Below are positions 13,280-26,140 of a DNA stretch of 64,000 nt, piece by piece; the first letter of the stretch is position 1; each line of letters opens with the position of its first letter. The DNA lies in NCBI GenBank assembly GCA_026770705.1, contig JANJGN010000004.1:117986001-118050000 (forward strand). The letters are read 5' to 3'. This stretch comes from Isurus oxyrinchus. Taxonomy: Eukaryota. The position numbers and the translations under genes were made by a program. The notes beneath the pieces are model-generated. The model did no database searches, was not told the origin of the DNA, and was given only the letters and a program-made list of their open reading frames with translations.

Positions 13280-14470
13280 TACACTATCTTCTCTGGCTTT
13301 AATGCCCTTTCTGTAGCTGGTGCCCAAAACTGCACATTGGTTAGCCAACAGTTAATGCTGTTAACAATGTGTTGTGCGAACTCAGAATTACTCTGTACAC
13401 TTGTAGGCTTATGTTCATATTTATAAAATCCAAAATGCTTTTTGCCCTTTAACATGGCTCTTTACCTATTTGCACTTGCACTTTCAGAGAATTGTGTGTT
13501 TGACCCTCTGGGGGCCTCTGCCACTCTTGCCCTTCAGCATCTTTCCGGTGAATATCTTGTTTGATTCTTAGGCTTTTCTCAAAATTAATTACGTCACAAT
13601 TATCTAAATTAAATTGCTTCTTTCACCTAATTTTACTGTCTGTTAGCCTGCCAACATTCCCAAAGTCTTTTATAGTCCTCCATGGACTATAAAGATTGTG
13701 CTCCATACATCCAAGACAAAATCCTATATATCCTGTAAGCACACCAAAAATAGTCATCCAGCACTGATACCTGGATGCCTCATTTGTAAAGAGGAACATC
13801 AATTTACATAACTTCTCATTTCCATCACCCAATGTTCTATTCCTGTTGTTACATTTCCTTTTATACTGTAGGTCTGAATTCTTTTAATTAGCCTCCTTGA
13901 GACATTTTATCAAATACCTTTAAAATCTGCATACTTTACAGCCATTGCATTCCCTTTATCCATACAATCAGGTTGTCATTTCAAAAACTTCAAGGATAGC
14001 CAACACAGATTTGTCAAAGCAAAATTGTGTTTGGCCAAGTCTAAGTTTTTGAAATGACAACCTGATTGTATGGATAAAGGGAATGCAATGGCTGTAAAAT
14101 ATGCAGATTTTAAAGGTATTTGACAACTTTGCTTTGACAAATCTGTGTTGGCTATCCTTGATCAGCTAGCGTAAGCATTTTAAATATTCACTGATTTGAC
14201 CTTGAAAGAGGGGTCCTAAGAATTTTTACATAACTAATATTAGACTAACTGTTTTATAGTTACTCAGTTTATCCTCCTCCCTCCTTTGAGCACTAATGTA
14301 ACATTAGCTACACTTCAGTCTCATGATCTGATTTTAAGAAGATTGAAAAATATTGCCCAGACCCAGACCTCCTTCCATCTGTTCTGTGTTCTTTGGTGCA
14401 TGCCTGCAGAGCCTGCTGACTTATCCACCTCGAGTTTTACTAATTTTTCAGAACCAATTCATTTCCTATA
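13280..14470 (-). mobile_element. Highly decayed CR1 reverse transcriptase remnant containing an internal inverted duplication (13910-14160)
   Basis: The inverted piece reads ggataaagggaatgcaatggctgtaaaatatgcagattttaaaggtatttgac, the CR1 RT 'VD.G..VD..Y.DF.KAFD' region. Confidence 0.65.
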
Positions 14471-17457
14471 GCAATCTCTAGAATTATTCCATATTCTCAT
14501 AGTAAACCTACATCCTCACTTCCAGCATCATTTGTGAAAAATGATGAAAAATATTTAATAACACTGACCCTTTGGTTGTATTCTTATACTTTTTATATTC
14601 TTATAAAACCCTTTTACCATTCCCTTTTTGTCTTTCTAATTTTCATTTTCACTTTGCTCCTCATGATATTTTGACTATAATTTTTATCAGATGACCCTTT
14701 TAAGCTTCAGTTTAATTTTAATCTCTCTGTCTACCCATGGAAGGTGATACTGGAAAATGATGAAGGAAGACAAGTTGAGAAATATGGTAGAAATTTGGAC
14801 AGGTGAAACATAAGCTGGCTTGGTGCAGATATAAAAGGTGATTTTATAGATTGCACTTTTTGAAGAGTATATCTGGTACATCTGAAGTCAGAGGACAAGA
14901 TAAGCAGCTTAGATCTGTGTAAATCATTGTAAATGTGGTATTACTTTGCTTCAAAATAATCTGTCAATTGTTTAGCTATTGACCATTGACATGCATTTAA
15001 GTCAACTGTACATTGAGATTTTAAGATGCCCAGTCACATGTAATCTTTTAATTGTATTTTTACGTGAGCTCTAGTACTAGACAGTAAATTTGCATTGTAA
15101 AATAATGTGAACTGAAAATAACTAATATTACATAGTGTCAGTAAAACACCATAATTATGTTTCTATGTGGCTACATTTGGTTTTGCGCACAAATTGTTGA
15201 TAGCTGCACAGGAGTATTCTGCTAAAAATTGAATAGGAACTGGGAACCCTTTTAAGAACTTGGTAATGTTAATTGTATACAAATTGTGTTTAATCAACTG
15301 CAGGTGCTGGTCATTAACTGGGGATTCACTTGTGCTCCAAAAAAATAAATAGGAACACACTGAAACTGTGTTGTGAATTATGAGGTACATATTTGTATTG
15401 TGTATCTCCGTAAATAAAAGCTCATAAAAGTTGTAAATATAGGCTACAGTTCTATCCTTTACCACCTGCCTTTCTGGACTAGAACAAGTGACATTGTTAA
15501 CGATTGCTTAAAGTTAAAGCAAAGTCCAGGGAAGTACTTTTGGCTGAAGATGCTTTTCCATTGCTCATTTGAAAAAGCTCTAAAAATATTTGTTGACCTT
15601 TTAATATCATTAAATATAAATAGCAAAGTGAAGCACTCCCATCTTCCCTATCTACAGTCTTCCTGACATGATGCTGCTTTAGCGATATTGCTGATCATGT
15701 ATACAAAATGATCCCATTGATTGCAGCAGGAATCTAGTCTTTGGACTGGCCTGGGAGCAGATCTGGAGATAACAAATCCAGAATAAAAAGAAACTCAGAG
15801 TACTAACTGAAATAGTAGGCATCGGACTGCTGAGACTTGTATCCTTTACTGAGCATATGTGATCAATAAGCAATAGTATGCATTTGGAATAGAGCATGGT
15901 GTAGCTATTTTGTGGAATTCCATGTTAACTGAGTTACATGGATAAAACAGCATCTATTTCAGTGGCCACTTCATCTCGTACCTTTTATCGAATTAAGAAT
16001 ACTAGTGAAGATGGGGAAAAAGGGAGGTGCAGTGAATTATATTGAAAATTACTTTAATGACAGGAAATCAAGGATAGTTATAGATGGCTATTATATCAGC
16101 TGTTGCCAAGCCACTAATGGCTTTCTTATGGATAGTGTCCTTTACCCTGTACTTTTCACAATTCTGCATAAGCAGGCTGCATCAAAAGGAGCTATAGTGG
16201 TTTTGCAATTGGAATAAAATCATCTAATACAGACTGTTGCAAAGCATTATGGCATGAGTATAAAATGTTGAGTACGAGTCAAATGATTGTAGCTCAGATG
16301 CTAAGCAAAAATTTTGTAGTGCTTGTCTCAAAATGAAAGTGCATTGTTGGAAGGACCTCTTGAAACATATGATATTTCTGTATAGTTGGTTCCAGCGGTA
16401 TTTTGTATAGTGAATTGCCTAATCCTGGAAAAGCTAATACCAGCATTTATTATAAGAAACCTGTTGCCACTATGTGTTACTATCTCAGACACCTGTTTAT
16501 TGGGATCCAGACCAGTCTGATAGCACTTGTACAAATATGTGGAATCACCCAGGCTGCATGTAAGTCACCTCTATAACATACGTTACAATATATTTTACTG
16601 TACTTATTATTTAAAACTTTTTAAATTCCCCTTTCATACACACAATGACTTTGTTTAAAAAAAAGACAATGCAATTGCTGATGCTGTTTCGTGTACCCTG
16701 CTGACTCTTGTCTTTTTGATAATTCTCAGTGTCATTAATATACAAGATTTGATCAATAGGCAGAAATGTAAAAAGTTACACGAAATGGTTGTGCGCGCCT
16801 CTGTAATTCCCACATGGTAATAAATTCTGATCTCTGCTGTTGTGTTAGAGGCACCAAGCAAAAGTCAATTGCTTTAGTGGAGGTAAGATGAGGGTGAGCA
16901 ATGCGTTCACATACCCTGTGGTTGATTTATAGAGCAGTCTTGATAGAATGTTTGAACCATACACATCATTCCCTAGACGAGGTATCAGAGAGAGATCCAA
17001 AAGAGCAAGAGCCTGGATGATGAAGTTTTAAGTGTATGAAGACTCCAGTTTAAACTGCATAGAAAATGTCTCATAATAATATGTAAGCTGACGTTTCTCA
17101 ATTCTACGTCCCAACTTCAATGCTCAATTTCTGAGGTTTTCATTTCTGTCTACGTTTTTGGCTGCCATTTATATACACGGTCAAAATATAAACACTGGGA
17201 TTTATGGGGCTTTTTTATATTAGATCTAAGGGCATGTTTTTCAAAATTGAGTGCTGCATTGCACTCATCACAAACCTATTTAATGCTAATAATTGAGCGA
17301 TCATGCTAAATACATTCACATAGAAGCCTAAAATCCAGTTATAATATGTGCCTGTTTTACCTCAAGTTGTGATATAAGCTTTGAAGAAAATCGCTATTCA
17401 GTTAGTGGAAATCTCCAATTAAATTGCTGATTCTTGTTAATCTTATTTTTCATAAAG

Positions 17458-17604
17458 GGCCAGGAACAAACATTTGTTGAGCTGCAAAAACGATTAAAGG
17501 AGCTAGAAGCTGAGCGCAACAATCTCAGGGAGACACTGACACGACAGGCAAATGAACTTGAGTATAGTAGTGACCGAGAGGAGCGACTGAAAAAGGAGCT
17601 GGAA
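17458..17604 (+). CDS. CCDC171: CCDC171 coding exon 5: GQEQTFVELQKR...REERLKKELE
   Basis: AAG acceptor, GAA|GTAAGT donor, 147 nt, phase 0 to 0. Confidence 0.93.
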
Positions 17605-17804
17605 GTAAGTGGCTACCTCAGGCCTTTGCTCTTAACGTTCAAACTTGTGTTTTAAAAAGCAACTGATTGATGAAGCCAAATTGTTAATTATCTTTAAGAT
17701 ACATTACTTATTGAAGTTACCTATTCATATGAGAGAAATCACAGTTATGTCTGTCCATTTAAAAGGGGCTTAGGATGGAACAAAATGGTTTACTTACCTG
17801 GCAC

Positions 17805-18175
17805 TATTGAGGTATTTAAAATCATGATGGGCCTGGACAGAATAGGTGAGGGAAAAACGTGTTCTTTTTAGTGGAAAGAATGAGGGCACAGATTTAAGAT
17901 AATTGACCAAAGAAGCATTGGCGATATGAGAAACTTTTACATGCAGTGAGTGACTATGATCTGGAATGCACTGCTTGAGAGTGTGGTGGAGGCAGGATCA
18001 GTTGTGGCTTTCAAAGAGAAATAACAGTTACCTGAAAAGGAAGAATGGCAGGGCTATGAACAGAAGGCAGGGGTTTGCCACTAGGTGAGTTGCTCATTTG
18101 GAGAGCCGGGGCAGATATGATGGGCTGTATGGCTGCCTCCTGTGTTGTACCAATTCTGATATTCTGTGATCATGC
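17805..18175 (+). mobile_element. CR1 LINE 3' fragment
   Basis: attgaggtatttaaaatcatg...atctggaatgcactgcttgagagtgtggtggaggcagg, then a 3' UTR ending caattctgatattctgtgat. Confidence 0.8.
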
Positions 18176-19129
18176 AGCAGAGCCAAGTTCCCTCCCACAC
18201 CCCTGCATTGTTAACAGTGATGTTAAACATACAGTCTGAGTAAAGTGTAACATCCAGCAACAAAACCTGCTTAAAAGTTTTTGACTTAAACTTTGAAGAG
18301 TTTTTTTCGTACATTTTTCGCCAAAGTAATTTTATGTTTGGCAGCAATCTTGGTGTCAAATGAAAAACATATTCTGTTTCTGACAGCCATGCCAGCACAT
18401 CTTTAGTGCTTTGCCTCAGTCGAATCATGTGTGAGATCTGTTCTAGGTAATAGAAAAAGAGAAAGTGGATTTGAAGAATAACATAAAGGGGGTGGTTTTT
18501 ATTTGCCTACCATCCAGTTTTATTTTTGCTGTGGACAGGGCTGCATGAAATTGAATGATAAAGTCTAAACAAATTACATCAGAGGTTTTTGTGTGATTTT
18601 TCAAGATAGGCAGTCAGAGTTCCTACCTAATAAACATTTGTATATTGGAGTCCTGTACTGATTTTAGGGTCTCTCTGTCATTTTGGTTTCCATCTATTTT
18701 GCTGTCAACATTTTGCAACCATGGGTGGAACAAGTCAAGAGGATGCCATTTTTCAGCAATACCTGAAGGAGTTCTCAGCTTCTCTCGGATAAACCACTTT
18801 TGCAAAGTTTTAGGTTGTGAAAGCTTTGTGGTTTGTACTGAGATCCTTCTGCAGCTGCTAGTACTGCGTTTACACTGTTGACCATAGAAAACCTCTCTTG
18901 CCATCATGTGGAACTTACTAAGAATTCTATTCTGGCTCGAGGAGGGGGAGGAGCTACAGCAGTAGGAAGGGGTATCCTGAGCAAGAGAAGGAGAACTCGT
19001 GGTAAGCCTTACCACCTTAGAGTTTACATATCTACAGTTCTCTGAGGTACTGCATATGAAGACTGCATTTCTCCAAGGAGGCAATGATGGTTGTGTTTCC
19101 TCCCCCATCCTGTGAACAATTTCCATAGC

Positions 19130-19930
19130 TTTCACAGCACTACTTGTGGTTGTCTACTGCTTCCTGATTTCACTCCTGAACTGCCTCATTCTAATTTCAA
19201 GATTATGCACTCTTGATCTAGATTCCCCTGTAGAGGAAATAATTTATCTGTTCCTACTTATTAATCCTTTGAAATACCTCCGGTAGATCATTACTCAACC
19301 TACTGAACTGCCGGCTACATTCCTCAAAGCTGAAGCCTCTTTCCTGAGGTTGGCACCAAAACTGAATGCGGTACTTCAGATGGGACCTGGCTAAAGCTCT
19401 GTACAACTGAAGGATAACTTCTACCCCTTTGTATTCCAGCTTCATTGAGATAGAGGAAATGTTGTATAAACCTTCGTGCGTTAGCTTTTAGTGATTTGTG
19501 TATGTGAGCACCAAATCTCTTTGCTCCTCCATAGCTTTTTGTCTCCCAGACTTAACAAAATATTCTGATTAGTCTATCTTGGATCCAAAGTGGATTATCT
19601 CAGATTACCTCATATTGCACTCTACCTGCCACAGTTTTGCCCAGTTACTAATCTATGTCCTTTTGTAACTACTACTCCCATCAACATTGCTAAGGTGGTC
19701 TTATTAAATTCCAAACCCCTCTGAGATGAATGCCAACGTTCCATTAGCCTTTTCAATATTCTTTTGTACCTGTGCACTAACTTTTACTGATGTGTGTACA
19801 TCAACACCTAAATCCCTTTGCTCCTTCACAGCTTCTAGTCTCCATTAAGGAAATATTCCACTTTGTTGGATCCAAAGTTGAATGCCTTCCCACTTCCTGT
19901 GAATCCAGCCTGCCACAGCTGTGCAAAACT
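19130..19930 (-). mobile_element. CR1 LINE fragments
   Basis: ORF 19254-19445 EVILQLYRALARSHLKYRIQFW is the CR1 ORF2 C-terminal motif. Confidence 0.8.
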
Positions 19931-20094
19931 CTTTTCCTATCTTCTCATTTTCCTGCATGGAAGCAGATTTGTATTTGTACTGACTTGCTAAAAGCTCATG
20001 ACAAATAAAAACTATAGATAAATCTCAATCACAGCAATTTGAAAAGAGCAAGTCTTGTACTCAAACAGTACTTCATCATATTTCTCAATTATTT

Positions 20095-20235
20095 TAAATG
20101 GACTGACTGACTTTCCCTTAAAGGCAAATGCCACAGCCAACAACCCACAAACAACAAATGAATGAACAGCCAGTCAATCTGTTTTGATAAGGTCGTTGAG
20201 GGAGCAAGATTAACCAGCATACCCCAAAAAAACCA
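20095..20235 (-). mobile_element. Deu-domain SINE fragment
   Basis: cccacaaacaacaaatg...gttgagggagcaagattaaccag resembles 32770-32860. Confidence 0.55.
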
Positions 20236-20236
20236 A

Positions 20237-20850
20237 GGCAAAATACTGCAGATTCTGGAAAGCTGGAGTAAAGGCACACAGTACAGGAAATACTATACTC
20301 AGCAAGTTAGGCAGCATCAGTGGAGAGAGAAACAATGTTTCAGGTCTGTGAGCCTTGAGAACTGGAAAATGTGTAACTGGTTGAAGTACAAATGTCAGGA
20401 AAGTAGGAAGCAGGCATGAACAAACTGGAAGGACTGTGATAGGCTGCAATGCAAGAGTGATTAAATGAGGAGAAGAATGGAAAACAATGAAAGTGGGCAA
20501 GGTAAAAGAAACAAACAGAAATCCCTTTGGAGAGGAGAGTGGAACTTCCACAAGATGGCCATTCCTGGGAGAAGTTCTGCTCTCCTGCCTGATCGGATTT
20601 CCATTTGTCTCTTCTACATCTTTCACCTTCATTGGTTTCTGTTTCCTTTCTCCTGGCTGCATTTCATCTCTCCAGCCAATCAAAGTGTTTCAGTTTTTTT
20701 AAATCTCCCTCTGTACTTGCTTAAAACCTATTACGTTTCTTAACTTTTCCCAGTTTTGATGAAAGGTCATCAACTTGAAGCATTAGCTCTGTTTGTTCCT
20801 CCACAGATGCTGTCTGATCTACTAAGTATTACCAGCATTTTCTGTTTTGA
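20237..20850. mobile_element. Old head-to-head pair of Penelope-like 3' ends
   Basis: Minus-strand tail at ~20237-20510 and plus-strand tail at ~20620-20850, the latter with a degenerate hammerhead AGTT-TTGATGA-AAGGTC... at 20752. Confidence 0.75.
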
Positions 20851-21914
20851 ACAGTGACATGGAATCTTTAACACCTATATGAATTACAGGAAGAGACAGA
20901 TGGTGATAACATGTCTAATAATAGAGAATTCACTCTGTACTATTTGAGTGTCTGTTTATTTTAATGTACTCCAGTCTTGGAGAGAGAATCTGCTATCAGG
21001 CTTTTTTGTGTGCCTCAGGACTAACTTCCTGATTATTTGGAAACGCTTTGCCAAATTGTGGAGAAATACATCTGGCTGCATTGGAATCACAACTATCGTA
21101 TATCTCAATGCACTTTTCAAAATGTACTTCATTTACTGTAATGTACTATCTGCTCGAATGTGGAAAACGCAGCTGTCAGTTTGCACACAGCAAGCTCCCA
21201 CAAAGCAATGTGAAATTGAAAATTAATTTAATTTAAGAAAAAACGTTTTAAGTTTCAATCTATGGGTGTTGGCATCACTGAAAAAGCTAACTTTTACTGC
21301 CCATTCTGGTTGCCCTTGAAGATGGTGTTAGGCTCCCTCATTGAACCATTGCAGTCCATATGGTGAATGAGCTTTCACAATGCTATGATACTTCTCCTCC
21401 CTGCTATGCATGCATTCTGTTATAGGATGTAATTCATATGTTTGGCACAAATGCTGTAACGAATGTGATAGAGCAATCCATAAAATCATGATTCATCAAA
21501 AATAAATGTGTGCTGAGATTTGCATGCACCTTTTTCTCCCTTTTTTTCTGATTCAAATGTTAATTATTGCTGTAATTCTTGTTTTGTTGCATACACAGCT
21601 AGGCTTCCTTGAATAAAATTGTATGGCAATATTACAGACGCAGTGAATTAATATAGTGGTATTGAAACTCTGTGGGGGCTCTCCCGGTCTTCCACCTTAA
21701 CTCCGGCAGGAGATTGGCAGTACCTCCAGAGGAGTGGTGAAAAAGGCTAAAAACATTTGTTTGCATCATTTCCCTAGGGGTTCTGTTAGTGTGTTACTGA
21801 AGTTAAGGTGATGGGAAAAACACTCTCTCTGTGTTTCAGGCCATTATGTCTAATACATCAGTAGCTGGACTGATCGAAGGCAAACACGGTGGAATCCAAT
21901 GTTACAGTTACTGG

Positions 21915-22757
21915 TGTAATGACCTTTGACCTGGCAGCAGTACAATTATGGAAATTTGTAATTTCCTTAATGTCTGTGGAATCTGTGATTGTTTTTACAA
22001 ATGTTTGAAAAGGACTAGTAAGAGTTGGGATCATTTGTAACTTTCTTGGATAATAAATATTGGTCCATGTGACCTGATTGACCTGGAAATGGTACCAACA
22101 GGAACAAAGTTGAGATATAAAAACGGTGTGACCAGACACACAGAGGAGCTGCAGCAGAGAGAAGAACAGAGAAGGTATATTTAACAGTAGGTGTGTGTGT
22201 CTGTATAGCAAGGATTGTGAATTGGACAATGTTACTGCTGCTGTTTCAGTTTTGCCACTGCTGACCAGACCATTTAATAGGGTTTATTAAAGTGGTAGGG
22301 TAAGGGAGTCTCTGGGGAATCTGTGCCAACAACTAAATCTAGCTAAGGAGGTTCTTCAGGATTGTGCAGTTCGGGTGACTACTTTCTCCGGGGACCTTGG
22401 ATACAGTACGACTGTGTGAGGGCTAAATTGATGGAGTGGGAAATTGAGAGATCCTGCATACCAGAGACTGAGTTAGGGAACTTTGTAACTCCATGTGGTG
22501 CCACACATCTGCAAGGAGTGATGTGGGTGCTTATAGTTGTGTTAAATGTGTCTTCATTGTACCAACTATTTGAAGTGGAACTTGCCTTTTATTTGAAGCA
22601 TCATTTTTCTGTTAATTTATGTTTCATTTGCATTGGGTATGAATTGTGTTAAAGTAAAAGCTGAAAAAAGTGGAATCTTTTTGGTAATCTCTTTCATTTA
22701 GGGGTCATTCAGTCAATATGGTTTCTTTGGTTTGCAGTTTCCCCACGGAGCATAACA
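21915..22757. mobile_element. Solo LTR (843 bp)
   Basis: Termini TGTAATG...CATAACA (6/7 inverted match) with a 4-bp direct repeat CTGG at 21911-21914 and 22758-22761. Confidence 0.65.
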
Positions 22758-22821
22758 CTGGGAAGAAGAGGGGGAAAAAAAGTAGAATTATTTATGAATA
22801 TCAATAGCTTGCAACCCCTGA

Positions 22822-22989
<168 letters not shown>

Positions 22990-24671
22990 TAGCAAATTGT
23001 TTATGCAGCAGGTGCAAACCTTTATATATTATTAAAATTCTTCTCGTTTCATCAAAGCAATATGAAGTTTTGATTCATAAAATATTTCTGTTGAAATACT
23101 TGCACAGAAACTATTTTTGAGTATTTAGTACAGCTGTTTGAAAGTGAAAGTTAATAATGTAGAAACTTCATATACAGGCCACATTTTGTCTCAAAAATAT
23201 TTGGAAAAACATAGATCTAAGTACGCTACAGTCCTTCATTTGGTTTTGGAGCATGAAGTATTTGGCTAAATACCCTCCTAAGGGTCACAGTGCCACAGTA
23301 TAAACCTCTGAACATTAGTTTTAATGAAATTGCTTTTAATCTCATCCCTCCTCTTCTGCAGAAACTATGTTGGAATGTTCACAAAACAAATATACAGATT
23401 TCAGCCTCTACCAGGATCTATTATGGTGACCCTTCAGATTTTGACAGATTTTCCTTACTGGTGGAGAATACATTAGAGTCCTGTGCTGTCTGTTGACTCT
23501 GAACGCTTGGTTGTAACATTAGACCCTGTGTGGTAAATGTTAAGTACACGTATCTCTGTGAAATATTGTGTCATGTGTTTCCTGCTAAAACCTATGCATG
23601 TGTCACCATAGCTATCCCTGTGGGTAGTCAATTTCCATTGGACAACACTGCTGTGCATTATGGAATGTTGACGTGCACTTTGGATGCTAATTTCACAGGT
23701 GTGACAGAGTTCAAATCACCTTTATCCATTGCTTAATTGCCAGTCTTGTGGATCATGTCATTTGACCCTTATTTTTAGGACTTATAATGCACTCCAAAAT
23801 GACTCAATCTATATTACGGATATTGTGGCACATTAAGTAGAAAGATCTCCACCTTGAACTTAATCAGTGTGATGCCTAGCGTTAGTTCACACATTTACTA
23901 GAGGCAAAATTGAAAAGCTATCCCAAACATCTCAAAAATATTTCTTCCAAAAGTATAATCTGCATAGTTAGCATGAGTGACAGTAAGCAGCTGTTAATGG
24001 ATCACTTGTGCCTATTGAAATGTTTGGTAGAAATAATTTTAGGTTGTAAAACAATAAAACCAGCCAAATCTTAGAACCTTTTGATACTATAAAAGCTAAT
24101 TTGTATTTAATATATAATAATTTATTTTCCAATAATTTTTTTTTAAAGGTAGCGTATTTCACAAATTTAAGAAATACAATGGGGTTGAAGGTGGCCTCCA
24201 CTAGTAGCGTGGAATGGGCTTGTGAATTGACAGCCAATTTTTACCTTGCCAGTTTTGATTTTCCATTTATTTGGAAAATATTATTGCCAGGATTTTTAAT
24301 TTCAAACCAAGTTAGACTTTTGAACTATTGGTCTGTGAGCTTCTGTGGAAACTGGCTGCCAATTTGCTATGAGCCTATTTTGGCATAGATCATTTTCATC
24401 CCCTGTGTCTCATTTACACATGCAGGAAATATTCACCTGTTATAAAGTCACCAGAAGTTAATTTTATTTTCAGTTTTTGAGGTAAGAGTTTATATAGATG
24501 ATTATATGCCTAATATGCAGAATGCTAATTTTCTTGGGATTATGCTTGTGGATGGTGTGCACATCAAAAACTAGAATTTCTGAGACTTGATCAAATGATT
24601 TATTACTGTTGGTAGCATCCATTATGGTTGGCCTAATTTTTGAACCGTTTGTCATCTTTTTCCTGTTATAG

Positions 24672-24832
24672 TTGCGCATCCGTGACCTTGAAAATATGTT
24701 GCAAGTGGAAAAGTCAAGCCATGCAGATGCAGCATTAAATTTGGACTTGATCAAGCAGCAGTTCAGAGATGTAGAACTCTCATATGAAAGGGAGAAATCA
24801 AAAGCTATAGAAACGACTAATCAGTTACAGCG
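24672..24832 (+). CDS. CCDC171: CCDC171 coding exon 7: LRIRDLENMLQVEKSSHADA...TNQLQ(R)
   Basis: TAG acceptor, CG|GTAAGA donor, 161 nt, phase 0 to 2. Confidence 0.95.
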
Positions 24833-25053
24833 GTAAGAGTTTATATAAATAATTATACCCTATAATGTGCAGATTGCTCTGTTTCTTTTGAATTATGTTT
24901 TGAGGATGGTGTCAGAAATAAGCGATGCATTGCTAAATTACACAAGCTAACAATTAAGCAAATTCGGTAACTTGTTAAATTATGGAAGTGGAATTTTTAT
25001 AAGTTGGCTTTAAATTTACAAATGTTAATTTAACCTGCCATTTTCTCCTTAAG

Positions 25054-25192
25054 ATTACAAAAGGAATGTGCAGTAACAAAAACACAGTTGAAAGCAGAAA
25101 TTGGAGAAAAGAATAATATAATTGCTGACCTTTCAAAACGCCTGCAAGGACATGAGGAAGACTGTGAAAATCTTCAGGATGAACTAACAAAA
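25054..25192 (+). CDS. CCDC171: CCDC171 coding exon 8: LQKECAVTK...IIADLSKRLQ...LQDELTK
   Basis: AAG acceptor, AAA|GTAAGA donor, 139 nt, phase 2 to 0. Confidence 0.94.
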
Positions 25193-25809
25193 GTAAGAAT
25201 GAATTTTGCAGAATATGGAGCTGAACAGTATCCACAGTTTTGGCACAGTAGGTCTGTTTACTTGCAAGGTTACAATGGCTGCATTTATAATAAGTGCTGG
25301 AAAAATATAAGTGGATGGTGCACTGTAGTATTTACCTGTGGACACTTGAGTTTGTATATGTCTGTTTCTGCTGATGAAGATAGTAAATGAAGTTCAACTA
25401 GTCTTGAGTGAACCCCTTTTGGTTCGAATTTGCTTTTAAACAGCACCCTAGTGCCAAATTTTATGAGTTTTGCTTTTGAAGTTTAACTACCTGCGCGCAC
25501 ATCTTTCAGCTAGCATTGGTTCTCTTTTTCAATCCTGGTAAAGAGTACGAGTTATCATTTACATTACTGCAGAAATTACATTTCAAACTTTTATGGAACA
25601 AAAACCGAAATTGTTAGAAACTTTCCGCAGTTCACTTGGCTGCTGTGACGAAAATGGACAAGTTTACATTTTATATGTGTGTCTTCCTTAACTGAACCAT
25701 AAGAGATCAATACATTATAATCAGAAAAAGGGAAAGGGATGGCTATATATTATAACAACCAGGTGAATATGGGTGAACTGACACCTCTTGTCCCACTCCT
25801 GAGTTTATC

Positions 25810-26140
25810 TTTTTCTATTCAGTCACGGGATGAGGGTGTCACTGGCTGGGCCAGCGTTTTTTACCCATCCCTAGTTGCCCTTGAGAAGGTGGTGGTGAGC
25901 TGCTTTCTTGAACCGCTGCAGTCCATGTGGTGCAGGTATACCCGCAATGCTGTTAGGAAGGGAGTTCCAGGGTTTTGACCCAGTGACAGTGAAGGAACTG
26001 TGATATATTTCCAAGTCAGGATGGTGAGAGACTTGGAGGGGAACTTGCAGGTCGTGGTGTTCCCATGTGTCTGCTGCCTTTGTCCTTCTAGATGATAGTG
26101 GTCATGGGTTTGGAAGGTGCTATTGAAGTAGTCTTAGTGA
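25810..26140 (-). mobile_element. CR1-group LINE 3' end (family B)
   Basis: Collinear with 44830-45150. Confidence 0.9.

Noticed and set aside
18623-19135. 170-aa minus-strand ORF
   Set aside because: Non-ATG start and no recognisable motif; probably decayed repeat or chance.
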